DNA of 64,000 bases, taken from IMG/VR virus record IMGVR_UViG_3300025264_002028, positions 1 to 64,000 of that record; one strand, given 5' to 3'. The position numbers and the translations under genes were made by a program. The first letter of the stretch is position 1. Every line of letters begins with the position of its first letter. The notes beneath the pieces are model-generated. The model ran no database searches. It saw only the letters and a program-made list of their open reading frames with translations, and was not told the DNA's origin. The DNA comes from a virus. Below, piece by piece: positions 48,502 through 58,818 of the stretch.

Positions 48502-50067
48502 TTAAATTTGGCACACTTTATTTACAATAATTCCACCATCTTCTTTCTTGGATGTCTGTCCCATTAGGATCACCATGTTACCTTCGACTAAAAATTCCTT
48601 GTTTTTTTGGTAGTCTTCTGGGAATATGATGACTGAATCTAGTACGCCAGAGCTATCTTCCACTGATAAAAATGCCATAAGTTGTCCCGGATTTTTACCC
48701 TTTTTAGTCTTATATTCTCTTAAGGAATTAATCTGCACAGCCACATTTACTTTGCCTTTCATGTACCCAAGAGCTACATCTTTACATACAGTATTTACAA
48801 GGTTGCTTTGAACATAGTCTGTTTTACCGCAAGTTAAGGCGCATCCCATGTATTTCTCTTCCGTATCGGCAATCCATATGGGGTCATCTTTGATATCATA
48901 AAATGGGTTTTCTAGGGAGTTTTTGATATCTACTACTGTAATCAGTCTTCTAGAATTAATCTTGAGATTATTGATCATATATCCTATACATTGAATAAGA
49001 GTCTCATGGTTGGAATAATTCTCTTTGATATATTTTTGTTCTCTTGCAGATAGTTGTTTCCAGCTGTCAAACTCATATAGCATTTCATTTCTGTTCTTGT
49101 TATTATTTTTACCATTAAAAGCCCCTACAGAAATCAAAGCCACCACAGCCTGTTTATTCAAAATGGAACATAAGTTATTTAAAATATCAAGCCAATTCCA
49201 ATCATCTATAGTCTTGTTCAAAATCTCTTCTGTTTCAGGAAGAAACTTGTTTATCTTATCACATTCTACTTCGCCCACATGTTTAACATTATTGATACCA
49301 AAGTAAATTGTTTTTGAGACAGACTGAAAGTTTTTATATAGATGCTTCAAACGGGGAGGATATACTTCAATATCATTCATTTTAGCATCAGTCACTAGCT
49401 CTTTAATTTCTTGTTTGGGGTCTGGTTTTCTTTTTGCATGATTAAGGTAAGTCTTAAAAAATCTCACGGGACGATAGCACTTACAGTATGCACTCCAATA
49501 GGCATTGATAGCATAGCTAACAGCGTGGGACTTGTTGAAAGCATAACGATTGGATTTTTCAATCCATGAAAAAATCTCTTCAGCGACTGCCGTAGTAACA
49601 GTGCCTTTATTTTTTGAGCCTTCTAGAAAAGACTTCTTGACTTCTGTCATCAAGCCAGCTTTCTTTTTTCCGATAGCCTTACGTAATGAGTCGGCATCCT
49701 TTAGACTAAAACCTGCCAGTTCTTGAGCTATCATCATGGACTGCTCTTGATAAACAAGCACCCCATATGTTTCTTCTAGGATGCGTTCTAAAGATTCATG
49801 TGGATATGTTACAGGATCAGTTTTGGATTTTCTATCTACATAATGTTGCGTCATAGACTTATCATCCGTAAAAGCTTTAAGACAGCCGGGACGGATTAGT
49901 GAAATAAGAGCGGCTAGTTCTTGAATATTTCGGGGGGCTACCCTTCTAGCCCATGAACGTCCGAGTTGCGACTCTAGCTGAAATACTCCCTTTGTCCTAC
50001 CATCACATATGAGATCCCACACCCTATCATCGTGAAAATCGTTCATGTTAAACGTAAAATTCGCCAT
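48502..50067 (-). CDS. dnaE: DNA polymerase III alpha subunit, C-terminal half (fingers/HhH/OB)
   Basis: TKGVFQLES, SLIRPG, ETYGVLVYQEQ, ADSLRKAIGKK, YAFNKSHAVSY, MAFLSVED. Confidence 0.92.
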   Translation of the reverse strand: MANFTFNMNDFHDDRVWDLICDGRTKGVFQLESQLGRSWARRVAPRNIQELAALISLIRPGCLKAFTDDKSMTQHYVDRKSKTDPVTYPHESLERILEETYGVLVYQEQSMMIAQELAGFSLKDADSLRKAIGKKKAGLMTEVKKSFLEGSKNKGTVTTAVAEEIFSWIEKSNRYAFNKSHAVSYAINAYWSAYCKCYRPVRFFKTYLNHAKRKPDPKQEIKELVTDAKMNDIEVYPPRLKHLYKNFQSVSKTIYFGINNVKHVGEVECDKINKFLPETEEILNKTIDDWNWLDILNNLCSILNKQAVVALISVGAFNGKNNNKNRNEMLYEFDSWKQLSAREQKYIKENYSNHETLIQCIGYMINNLKINSRRLITVVDIKNSLENPFYDIKDDPIWIADTEEKYMGCALTCGKTDYVQSNLVNTVCKDVALGYMKGKVNVAVQINSLREYKTKKGKNPGQLMAFLSVEDSSGVLDSVIIFPEDYQKNKEFLVEGNMVILMGQTSKKEDGGIIVNKVCQI

Positions 50068-50737
50068 TTGCAAAAGCCTTTTCAAATTTGGTTTTTTCTG
50101 CAAGCTTTCTTTGGAACTTCAAAAATTTAATTAAAATGTTAGCTGTATCCTTAACATCCTGAAGAGCATCGTGAGCTTTCTCTTTTGATTCTTCTGGGAA
50201 GCCAAAATATTCACGGAGGTAATCCATGTTTAAGGATTTTACATCTTTATTGTTTTCCGTCCATGAAAAAACCATGTCCATCAAATCAAGTTTAAAGATA
50301 GGATTAAAAAGTTTTTGTCTACCCTTAGTGTCGGTTGGCCCATGCTCTTCACACATTCGATGCACTATAGGCAAATCAAATCCAATAATATTATATCCGG
50401 CGGCTATTGGCGCAGTGTAACTAGATTTTCTGAAATTATATTTGTCACAGAACTGTCCAAATTTTTTCCAAACTGTCTTAGGGAGAGGTGCTTTCGCTAG
50501 TTTGTCCCTTGTCTTATGCGTAATTGTTAAAGCTTCATCTTCAAGCGGATCAACACCTGCCGCCACAGCCTTTTCCTCATCTACTATTGGCCTCATCTCA
50601 CTATTAAAAACACCTCCGGGTTGAAGGGTTAATTTTCTAGCATGGATGGCAATTGCTGCTATCTGAGTAGGTTGCGTCATCAGTGGATTACGACTACCAG
50701 TTTCAAAATCGAAGACAATAATATCTCTATAGTTCAT
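50048..50737 (-). CDS. DEDDh 3'-5' exonuclease (DnaQ/epsilon-like)
   Basis: ExoI VFDFETG, ExoII GYNIIGFD, ExoIII AHDALQDV. Confidence 0.88.
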   Translation of the reverse strand: MNYRDIIVFDFETGSRNPLMTQPTQIAAIAIHARKLTLQPGGVFNSEMRPIVDEEKAVAAGVDPLEDEALTITHKTRDKLAKAPLPKTVWKKFGQFCDKYNFRKSSYTAPIAAGYNIIGFDLPIVHRMCEEHGPTDTKGRQKLFNPIFKLDLMDMVFSWTENNKDVKSLNMDYLREYFGFPEESKEKAHDALQDVKDTANILIKFLKFQRKLAEKTKFEKAFANGEFYV

Positions 50738-50976
50738 TAGGATGTCCCTTCTACAATTTCAAAGAATTTATCTAACGCATCATCAATATTTCTATATATT
50801 TTCGAGAACTTTACTTGTGAGCTACTTGCGTCTACTTGATACATACCGTCTTTTCTATCTCTATACTCTGGGAGCATCTTTCTTAGGTCACACACTGAGA
50901 TCTTATTATACTCTAGAGCGCACCCATAATAAATAACTGATTTAAAGTCCTGCCTAAGGATGTTGTGGTCTCTCAT
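50737..50976 (-). CDS. Hypothetical protein
   Basis: 79 aa, AAGGAG RBS, fills the gap between dnaE-N and the exonuclease. Confidence 0.6.
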   Translation of the reverse strand: MRDHNILRQDFKSVIYYGCALEYNKISVCDLRKMLPEYRDRKDGMYQVDASSSQVKFSKIYRNIDDALDKFFEIVEGTS

Positions 50977-50978
50977 GT

Positions 50979-52526
50979 CTACTCCTTAATTTCCATAATT
51001 TTACTTAATAGATCAATACCTAATATATCAAACTTAACATGTCCCTGACTTTCCAAGTCGCCCATTTCAAATGCAGCTATCATATTGCCGCTTTTATCCT
51101 GTGTCATAGGACAAATAGAATTCAGGCGATCCTTAGAAATAATGACACCAGCAGCGTGTTTACCCATAGATTTGTTTGTACCCTCTATTCGTATGGCTTG
51201 TTCAAAAAGTGGCGCTAAGGAGCCTTCTAGGGCTCCCTCGTTGATCTTACACCACTTTCTAAGATTGTCTCCTTCGTTTAACAATGCCCATTTGATAATG
51301 GACCTTTCTTCCATACTTTCCAGCTGATCAGAAATATCTGCTTCGTTAGGAATACCCTTGGTGATCTCATTCATTTCAGCAAATGAAACGGCGTCATGCA
51401 TTCTTAGTACTTCCTTAAGGGCTGCTCTTCCTTGTAGTCTACCAAATGTGATCATCTGAGACACTTTCTCTTCGCCATACTTTCTTTTAATATAATCTAT
51501 TACTTCTTCTCGGTGTTCAGCTGGTACATCAATATCAATATCAGGTAGCGATATATATTCTTCGGTGTTTCTGCCTTCGTTATAGAATCTTTCAAAAATC
51601 AAATTATATTCAATAGGATCTACGTTAGTAATTCCTATAAGGTAGGATATTAAACAGCCAGCTGCTGATCCTCGACCGGGACCAGCGAGCCAACCCTCTG
51701 ATTCAATATGTCTAATGATATCTTGTACAATAAGAAAATATCCTGAAAGATCTGCGCCAAATATGACATCTAGTTCCTTCTTTATTCTATCTACGTAGGC
51801 CTGTTTAGCCTGATCTGTTTTTACTTTACCTTGTGGAATTAATAAACGTTTCCACCCTTTTCTACATAACTCTGTTAAATAATCGTTTTCTTCCATACCA
51901 TCTGGACATACAAATTTAGGAAGCATCGGCTTCCTTAAGATATCATATTCTTCACAGAGGTCAACTACTTGGTTCACTTTTTTGATTTCATTTGCATCAA
52001 TACCCATACTTTCAAAGTCATCAGGAGAGGGGAGATAAAATTCATCTGAATCAAAGAAGCGTCTGTCAGCCCCTTCTAGTTTCTTTTCTACTTTAGATAG
52101 AGTGGTTTTCATCCCAGAGCATAGTAATATTCTTTGTAGAATAGCATCTTCTTTCTGGGCATAATAGATTTCTCTTTCTCGTAGTGGTGAATCTAGTCGA
52201 TACAGATTATCCTTTTTAGTCATCTTCTCTAATGTCGTATTAAAATTGTCTGTACCTATGGTTCCGGTTAGCTCTATCAGATCAAACCAGCCCGCTTTGT
52301 TTTTTGCTAAGAGACTAAAGTCGCCAAAATCACATCCTATAATTGGTTTAATATCCTCGGCTTGACACGCTTTATAAAAATTTACGGCGCCCGACAGTGA
52401 TTTATAGTCAGTAATAGCGCACGCTTTATATCCATACTCCTTACATTTAGATACGATTTCATCAGGCTTACAAAAACCCCGAAGAAGACTGTAGTGCGTG
52501 TGTATACAGAGAGGAGCCCAGTTCAC
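50979..52526 (-). CDS. dnaE: DNA polymerase III alpha subunit, N-terminal half (PHP + palm/thumb)
   Basis: HTHYSLL, AITD, IKPIIG, YFLIVQD, GPGRGSAAG, FERFYN, catalytic PDIDID, HAAGV, KFDILG. GTG start. Confidence 0.93.
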   Translation of the reverse strand: MNWAPLCIHTHYSLLRGFCKPDEIVSKCKEYGYKACAITDYKSLSGAVNFYKACQAEDIKPIIGCDFGDFSLLAKNKAGWFDLIELTGTIGTDNFNTTLEKMTKKDNLYRLDSPLREREIYYAQKEDAILQRILLCSGMKTTLSKVEKKLEGADRRFFDSDEFYLPSPDDFESMGIDANEIKKVNQVVDLCEEYDILRKPMLPKFVCPDGMEENDYLTELCRKGWKRLLIPQGKVKTDQAKQAYVDRIKKELDVIFGADLSGYFLIVQDIIRHIESEGWLAGPGRGSAAGCLISYLIGITNVDPIEYNLIFERFYNEGRNTEEYISLPDIDIDVPAEHREEVIDYIKRKYGEEKVSQMITFGRLQGRAALKEVLRMHDAVSFAEMNEITKGIPNEADISDQLESMEERSIIKWALLNEGDNLRKWCKINEGALEGSLAPLFEQAIRIEGTNKSMGKHAAGVIISKDRLNSICPMTQDKSGNMIAAFEMGDLESQGHVKFDILGIDLLSKIMEIKE

Positions 52527-52527
52527 T

Positions 52528-52704
52528 TCAACAATCCTCGTATAAATTCTTAAGCATTTTTAAACTAACTGCCAATGATTCATTTTCTGTATACTTTCCT
52601 ACTTGTTCATAAAGACGTGTTGTTATTTTTTTTGCCGTCTCAACATCAATAAACTCATTAATTATACCAAATATTTGGCGCGCTTCGTAGTTATTAGTTG
52701 GCAT
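52528..52704 (-). CDS. Hypothetical protein
   Basis: Likely start MPTNNYE, overlapping the upstream stop. Confidence 0.55.
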   Translation of the reverse strand: MPTNNYEARQIFGIINEFIDVETAKKITTRLYEQVGKYTENESLAVSLKMLKNLYEDC

Positions 52705-53215
52705 TAATTTTTCCTTTTTTCTTTCTAAACTTTTTAAGATCTGAAATAGCCACGTTATAACAATTTGCCTTGACCCTAAATCCATTTGATGGGTCAGTCT
52801 GTCCCTTACGCAACTTGTGCGCGCTCCTAAAATAATCCTCCTTTGCTAACCAACCTAATAACCAAGCCCTCCCCCATTTTCCACTTTTATATTCCACCCT
52901 TACAAACGCATACCTATCACACTCTTGCTTAGTATTATAGGCAGCCACGCTGCATTCGTAAAATGGTTTAGGTTCACTCGTACATCTTTTGGTTTTGACA
53001 TCGTATTTGATTTTACTCGATGCTGTTTCGTAGAGAATATCGTAGTCGTAAGTATTTGATACTATACCATTGATTATCTCATTGGCAACCTCTTCTCCTA
53101 AAAATCCAGCAATATTTCCGTCGCCAGCAGTTATGGAGTTCTTTAGTTTACCCATACTACGTGCCTTACGCCAAGCCCGCTGTTTCATTTTTTCTGTAAT
53201 TGCTATTTCAATCAT
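52694..53215 (-). CDS. Putative PD-(D/E)XK nuclease-fold protein
   Basis: GFLGEE...YDYDI...YDVKTK pattern. Confidence 0.5.
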   Translation of the reverse strand: MIEIAITEKMKQRAWRKARSMGKLKNSITAGDGNIAGFLGEEVANEIINGIVSNTYDYDILYETASSKIKYDVKTKRCTSEPKPFYECSVAAYNTKQECDRYAFVRVEYKSGKWGRAWLLGWLAKEDYFRSAHKLRKGQTDPSNGFRVKANCYNVAISDLKKFRKKKGKINAN

Positions 53216-53217
53216 AT

Positions 53218-53820
53218 TTATCTCCAAACAAAAATATCCCAACTTCTTAATTCCGTAGTGTAGTTTTCATGTTTAAACATGTCTAGTATTAATTCTGTAT
53301 CGGGACCATTTGCTTCTACAGTCCAGCATTTAATGTCATATTCTGTAAAATTAAATGTTTCTAATATTTCTTTTTCAAACCCTTCTACATCTATACTAAT
53401 ATAATCTATGGTAGAAGGCGCTCCATGTTTTTGCAATAAATTATTTAAGCTAATTGTTGTGAGATGGTGCTGCGGGTAACGAAAACAATTATTATCGTAA
53501 TCTTTTACATAGCCAAAAGGAGCTACCGCAGATAGCATCGGATCTTCCTCATGCGCATAAAATGGTACAGTTATACCGCTTGTATCCAACACAGGAGAAT
53601 TTTCTAAGGAGCATGTTCTATTTTCTTTTAATTTTATAAATGACTCTGGGTTTGCTTCCACACATATTCCATACCAACCAAAATCTTTTTCCAAGGTATA
53701 GGTGTTAGATAGCTCAATACCATCATGAGCACCTATGTCAACAAAAAATCCTCCAGTTTTGTTATCATGCCTATCTAGCACCCACTTGTCCTGTCCTATT
53801 TGAGAATAAAAAATATTCAT
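53218..53820 (-). CDS. FkbM family methyltransferase
   Basis: SQIGQD, FVDIGAHDG, SNT, GWYGICVEAN, IDYISIDVEG. Confidence 0.88.
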   Translation of the reverse strand: MNIFYSQIGQDKWVLDRHDNKTGGFFVDIGAHDGIELSNTYTLEKDFGWYGICVEANPESFIKLKENRTCSLENSPVLDTSGITVPFYAHEEDPMLSAVAPFGYVKDYDNNCFRYPQHHLTTISLNNLLQKHGAPSTIDYISIDVEGFEKEILETFNFTEYDIKCWTVEANGPDTELILDMFKHENYTTELRSWDIFVWR

Positions 53821-53824
53821 TTGT

Positions 53825-54472
53825 TTACCATGCAAGTAGTTTATTAGCCACCTTGGTTGTTAGAATAAACACATCCATATAACCATCACTATTTTGGTCA
53901 AGAGATTTAATGGGACGCCCATGATGCCATAATTTTTTATCGTCCATTGTTACCATATATCCCGCCTCTAATGGCAAATAAATAAAGGGTTCCTCGTCTT
54001 TTTCCATATAAACTAAAAGATGGCCGCCTTCTATGTTATGTCTTGCTATTCCTACCGTTGCTATGAAATCATTTCCATCTTGGTGTACGCCTTCTGGAGA
54101 AATTGGGGTTTCCTCATATAGTGTAACAATACGCATTTGATGTATCTCAACAAGAGTAGTATAAGGAAGAGAATTCACCATTCTAAATTGATAAATTATC
54201 TCTTTCATGCCGTCGCTATAGAGCGCACTCTCATCAATATTTTCAAATTTTCTTTCAACATTACCTTGAAAGTTATTATATTTGTCTGTCTGCATAAATT
54301 GATTAATAGGAAGTGCTTTAATAGCTGTAGGTTCTACCATGAGTTCTACCACAGAATATCGTCGCAATCTATATTTGCCATCCTTATGTTCTGTGGAAGG
54401 CAGATGATTAAATGAGGGAGACAAATCTTGTACCGTAGAATCCGTTAATTTATCTAATCGTAAAAGACTCAT
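53825..54472 (-). CDS. 2OG-Fe(II) dioxygenase (2OG-Fe_Oxy_2 type)
   Basis: YRLRRYS, FMQ...N, HQMRI, PEGVHQDG (HxD), distal His in LWHH. Confidence 0.8.
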   Translation of the reverse strand: MSLLRLDKLTDSTVQDLSPSFNHLPSTEHKDGKYRLRRYSVVELMVEPTAIKALPINQFMQTDKYNNFQGNVERKFENIDESALYSDGMKEIIYQFRMVNSLPYTTLVEIHQMRIVTLYEETPISPEGVHQDGNDFIATVGIARHNIEGGHLLVYMEKDEEPFIYLPLEAGYMVTMDDKKLWHHGRPIKSLDQNSDGYMDVFILTTKVANKLLAW

Positions 54473-54490
54473 ACTACATTCCTTTTTCTG

Positions 54491-55510
54491 TTAGCCCGGC
54501 GCTTCATAATGGCCAATACTAAAATCCTTTTTAGTGCAATTGCCAACTGTGTCTTTCATACTGCTTCCTTTCAGCTCTTCTTCAATATACTGACACATTG
54601 ATTTGTTAGTTCCGGGCCATTTGTTTTTGTAAAAATGACATAATTTTGTACACTTCCAGTGGTTGCGATTTTTTGAAATAGGAAGAGGCTTATCGTTCTT
54701 TTGTATTTGTTGAAATCTTTTCCCTAGCATGTATAAAAATTTATTTTGATCGTTTCTATCAAAACACATACTAAACGGACCCCCATCCCTAATATAAAAT
54801 ATAGACATAATAGCTTGATCATATTGTGGAAACATCTTAGATATAGCGTAATTATACAATAGTAATTGAGGATCTTCAATCAATTTCTCATAAGTTTTTT
54901 CTTCTCCGGTAGCCCAGTTTAATCTACGTCCTGTTTTCCAATCAATAACTTCTATAGTGTTATCATCTACTTGTGTAACCAAATCAATAGTTCCCTTGAT
55001 GGCTAGTCTTCCGTTTATTTTTTTTCCGTCTGGCATTTTATAAGAATACTCAGCCCAATCTTCTTCTATGGGAATGTCAAATTGAGGCTCACTAGCAATG
55101 ACATTTCTATTGCGAGGATCAAATTGTCCATCATTATATTCTAAGGCATCCCAAGTTGATTTCTTGCAAAAGTTAAAATCTGCATTTGTATAATTATGAA
55201 TACACGTACTAGTGTAGTAGTCATAACTTAAATCCAACAAATTATTAACAAATTTCTTAGTGCTAAGTTGTTTCTTAGAGAACTGGATTTTTCCAAGGGC
55301 ATCATCAGTAATAGACATCTGTTTGTTTTCTTTACGCTGCATTCTTTTTTTACAGGAGGCTAGGCATTCCATGACCTTATGAACAATGGTGCCCAGTTGG
55401 GCCTTTTTTCCAGAAATAGATTGATGACCTAATACATATGTAATAAAATATTGCATTTGGCAATAATCATAATTGTTGTAGGACGAACTACGAATGTATG
55501 TTACTATCAT
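54491..55510 (-). CDS. Cas4/RecB-like PD-(D/E)XK exonuclease
   Basis: GTIVH, KGTIDL, VIDWKTG, QLLLY. One N-terminal and three C-terminal Cys (CTKLC...C). Confidence 0.82.
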   Translation of the reverse strand: MIVTYIRSSSYNNYDYCQMQYFITYVLGHQSISGKKAQLGTIVHKVMECLASCKKRMQRKENKQMSITDDALGKIQFSKKQLSTKKFVNNLLDLSYDYYTSTCIHNYTNADFNFCKKSTWDALEYNDGQFDPRNRNVIASEPQFDIPIEEDWAEYSYKMPDGKKINGRLAIKGTIDLVTQVDDNTIEVIDWKTGRRLNWATGEEKTYEKLIEDPQLLLYNYAISKMFPQYDQAIMSIFYIRDGGPFSMCFDRNDQNKFLYMLGKRFQQIQKNDKPLPISKNRNHWKCTKLCHFYKNKWPGTNKSMCQYIEEELKGSSMKDTVGNCTKKDFSIGHYEAPG

Positions 55511-56343
55511 GGGCTCTCTTTAAATTTATGGATTCCACCTACAAGTTCTTTGTTAACTTTAGGTTCTGGTTCTGGTTTTTGTATTACATTGCCCAACCAT
55601 CCCCAGCTATCTAACGTTTTTACAAGTTCTACATTTGTTTCATAGATACTTAAATTCTGGTTATCTATAACAGCATCCCAATCTTCCCAGTTTTCCAAGG
55701 CTGTTTCACTAGTATGTTTATCTTTTGTGTCTTTATGTCTAGTTAATTTAATTACCTTACCACCAGCATTTTGAATCGCTTCTGCTTCATTTGGAAATCT
55801 ACAATCACTGATGATTGCCACTAAAGGGTTTTCTCTTTCTATTTGGTCTATTGTGGTATCTGTCCAAATATTTTCCTTAATGGTTCTACAAATATCACTA
55901 CCAAAATATTGTAGAAATTCCCTAGCGCTCATTTGTCCCGAGGAAGACTTTTTGCATCCGGGCATATTTTCCCACCTCATTGGTATCATAGTGTTTTTTT
56001 GTCTGTCGGTGCCGTAACACTGTATTCGGGTCAAACCAAATAAAGCTATAGACATTTCCTTAAGGGTGGTAGCAAATGCATAATGCTTTACAAAGGGCCA
56101 CATGTTATTAGACGCCCACTCGGCAAATTCTAGGTCACTCCTAGTAATATCCAGAAGGCCTTGGTTTTGCTGTTCATGACCTTCGGCATCTATAGTTTTT
56201 GTGTCTACAGCCAATCCACCATCTTCAGTAATAGAAAAATTATCTACAATATGGTGTGATCTCAGTTGGTAACCATGTAAAAAATTACAGCAAGTGTTTT
56301 TGCCAGACTGTTTGGTACCAGCAAAAGCAAGAATTCTGTTCAT
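55507..56343 (-). CDS. Deoxynucleoside monophosphate kinase (T4 gp1-like)
   Basis: AGTKQSGKNT, FATTLKE, REFLQYFG, ISDCRFPNE, HTSE. Confidence 0.85.
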   Translation of the reverse strand: MNRILAFAGTKQSGKNTCCNFLHGYQLRSHHIVDNFSITEDGGLAVDTKTIDAEGHEQQNQGLLDITRSDLEFAEWASNNMWPFVKHYAFATTLKEMSIALFGLTRIQCYGTDRQKNTMIPMRWENMPGCKKSSSGQMSAREFLQYFGSDICRTIKENIWTDTTIDQIERENPLVAIISDCRFPNEAEAIQNAGGKVIKLTRHKDTKDKHTSETALENWEDWDAVIDNQNLSIYETNVELVKTLDSWGWLGNVIQKPEPEPKVNKELVGGIHKFKESP

Positions 56344-57392
56344 AGAGATGCTCCTTGGATTTGGTCACTAAGTTCTTCTTTGATTTTCTCAATAGTCATA
56401 TCTCCAACATCTTTTTCGGAGATCTTAGGACGATAATAATTAAATCTTCTTCCGCCTTTTTCGGCTATTTGTTCAGCTGCCTTCTCGCCCGCTTCATCAG
56501 AATCCGTAAGAATCACTACATTTAGTGCTCCACTTTGTTCTAACAATACCAATTGATCATCAGTGAGGCTGGCTCCGAAGATTCCAACCGTATTTGGAAA
56601 ACCAGCCTCATGCATTTTCCATACGTCTCCTTGACCTTCTACTAAGATAACGGTACCAGTTTTTCTAACGTGCTCAAGAGCTAAGTTTAAACCGTAAAGA
56701 TAGGATTTTCGGAAGCCCTTACTATGTAACCACTTAGGCTGCATGTCTGGAGATGTTGATCTACCAACGCATCCAACATAATTATAGTCTTCATCGTAGA
56801 TTGGAACAACAATTCTTCCTGACATTGGCCTATTTTTTTCTAAACAAAGTCCCACATCAAACAAATCAAGCGTTTCTGGATAATATCCTCTGTTAATATA
56901 ATATTTAGCGGGTATATTTATTCTTCTGCGTACCTCTTCTCGTTTGACAGGATGTGAAAAACGTTGGGGTTTTCTTTCAAAAACCTCAAGCAACTTCAAC
57001 TCTTTATTTATTTCTAGGGGTTCACTATAAGTCTCTAGGTTCTCAATTTTTGTATCAAGAAATTTGAGGCAGTATTCAAATGCCGTTATCAGGTTGACTT
57101 CTTTATCAAGACGATGATTTAATACACCACGCACAAAACCCAACAGGCTAGAAGCAAAATCCTCTTCACACTGTCGTGTCCAACATTTCCAATTTCCCTT
57201 GATGACATCCCCATCTGTAAAAATAGAACACCCTTCAGGATTATCTCCCCCATGTATTGGACATGGAAAGACAAGCCTATTGTGGTGTTCCACGGGCTCT
57301 ATTTCAAAATGGTCTAATAGATCTGACACTCTATCAAACAGCTGATTAGACAGATGCGATATCTGTGGCTTCGTAATCTTCATCAGTTTCAA
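56340..57392 (-). CDS. dnaG: DNA primase (Zn finger + TOPRIM)
   Basis: CPIH...WKCWTRQC, RIVVPI, LYGL, VEGQGD, TDSDEAG. Confidence 0.88.
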   Translation of the reverse strand: MKLMKITKPQISHLSNQLFDRVSDLLDHFEIEPVEHHNRLVFPCPIHGGDNPEGCSIFTDGDVIKGNWKCWTRQCEEDFASSLLGFVRGVLNHRLDKEVNLITAFEYCLKFLDTKIENLETYSEPLEINKELKLLEVFERKPQRFSHPVKREEVRRRINIPAKYYINRGYYPETLDLFDVGLCLEKNRPMSGRIVVPIYDEDYNYVGCVGRSTSPDMQPKWLHSKGFRKSYLYGLNLALEHVRKTGTVILVEGQGDVWKMHEAGFPNTVGIFGASLTDDQLVLLEQSGALNVVILTDSDEAGEKAAEQIAEKGGRRFNYYRPKISEKDVGDMTIEKIKEELSDQIQGASL

Positions 57393-58818
57393 ATCCTCGA
57401 TCAGTTTTCTTGGTGGCTTTTTTCAATTCATTACGTGTTTTGCCTTCTTCTATTCTACCATACTTTCCGAACATATTCATGTTGATATAATCGCCATCAT
57501 CTAGGCCAGCCCCATGACGTGCTACTACGGGCACTAATTTTCTGTTGCCATTTTCTTCGAGGTCGTCTGCTATCTCTTCATCTGATTTCATCTTGAATAT
57601 AGTAAAGCTTGTACATAGCCAAATCAAACGATCAGAACCAGAAACTACATCCGTTGACTCTTTAGTTATACCATCTCTATTCAATTGCACAAAACTTAAA
57701 CATGGCACATCATGCTTAACACAAAAATTATGGAGTTGGGTAATCTGAAAACCAAGCAACTGGAATTCTTGCATGGAGTTAGAAATACCATCTGATCCCA
57801 TTAGCTTAAGGTAGTCATATATTATTAAACAGTCTTTAGTTCTACCATTTTCGTCTATTCCTACGTGTTGATATAGCCACTTACGCATCAGCCCTAAGAT
57901 ATTTTCAAAAGGCTGTCCCGCAATACTAATATAATGATAAGGTATAGCCTTAAGCTTTTCGGCGGCTTCCTCTATCTTTTTTTTGTCTATCTCATTTTCT
58001 GCAAATTTTCCAGTAGATATTCTATTGATGTCTACGCCACTGAGATTAGCAAGCATTCTATTCAAATGATCTTCTTTAGACATTTCCGTGTCTAACATCA
58101 ACACTGGGATCTCTAAATTCTGTGTCACATGCAGAGCCACTTCATCACCAAACATAGACTTACCAACTTTTGGTCGCGCGGCCACAAGGTCTACGCACTT
58201 TCTTCTAAAGCCGCCTCCTATAGCCTGATCGTAAATTGAGAAACCACTACTAATACCAATCATATCGGTAGGATTGTCTGCGAGATGGTGAATGTATGCT
58301 TCTACTTCGTCACCAATTATTTCTGGTTGATGACTAGATGATTCATATATTGCAGAGGTAGCGTCCAGTATTGGCGACTCTACCATAGTAATTAAATCAT
58401 TTATATCCTCATCACCACTAATAGTGTTGAGGCGTTTTTCACAAACCTTGAGAGTCTGCTGAATATTTCTAGCTAGTTTTAGCTTAGCTATTTTGGCCGC
58501 ATGAATACTAATATTATCTTTATGGATAGGAAAATTGAAAAGGGATCGTAAAAATCCTATCTCATTTTTATTATTAATATTTTCATACAGGTTTAGATTG
58601 TTAGCTGCCGCTAAAATAGAGGCTAGTTCTACATGACTACTTTCTGAGATTACCTTCTTGACACATTTGAAAATGATCTGATTCATTTCATTAGTAAAAT
58701 GATCAGTATCAATAAAATCAATATTCAAAAAGGCATCTAGGCCATATTGACATAGACCAGCCAGTACAGCCCTTTCGGCAGCTAGATCCTGTAAATTTCT
58801 TTTGCTTACTTTTTCCAT
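57346..58818 (-). CDS. dnaB: Replicative DNA helicase
   Basis: AERAVLAG, Walker A AARPKVGKS, DTEM, IYDYLKL, VQLNR, ARHG. Confidence 0.93.
   Translation of the reverse strand: MEKVSKRNLQDLAAERAVLAGLCQYGLDAFLNIDFIDTDHFTNEMNQIIFKCVKKVISESSHVELASILAAANNLNLYENINNKNEIGFLRSLFNFPIHKDNISIHAAKIAKLKLARNIQQTLKVCEKRLNTISGDEDINDLITMVESPILDATSAIYESSSHQPEIIGDEVEAYIHHLADNPTDMIGISSGFSIYDQAIGGGFRRKCVDLVAARPKVGKSMFGDEVALHVTQNLEIPVLMLDTEMSKEDHLNRMLANLSGVDINRISTGKFAENEIDKKKIEEAAEKLKAIPYHYISIAGQPFENILGLMRKWLYQHVGIDENGRTKDCLIIYDYLKLMGSDGISNSMQEFQLLGFQITQLHNFCVKHDVPCLSFVQLNRDGITKESTDVVSGSDRLIWLCTSFTIFKMKSDEEIADDLEENGNRKLVPVVARHGAGLDDGDYINMNMFGKYGRIEEGKTRNELKKATKKTDRGFETDEDYEATDIASV

Noticed and set aside
50048-50979. 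Split intein or group I intron interrupting dnaE
   Set aside because: No Cys/Ser-initiated intein N-part or His-Asn C-terminus, and the interval is fully occupied by two ordinary ORFs with no room for intron core structure.
54491-55510. Cas4-like nuclease as a sign of a CRISPR-Cas system
   Set aside because: No cas1/cas2 or repeat-spacer array seen; stand-alone Cas4-like exonucleases are common in phage replication modules.
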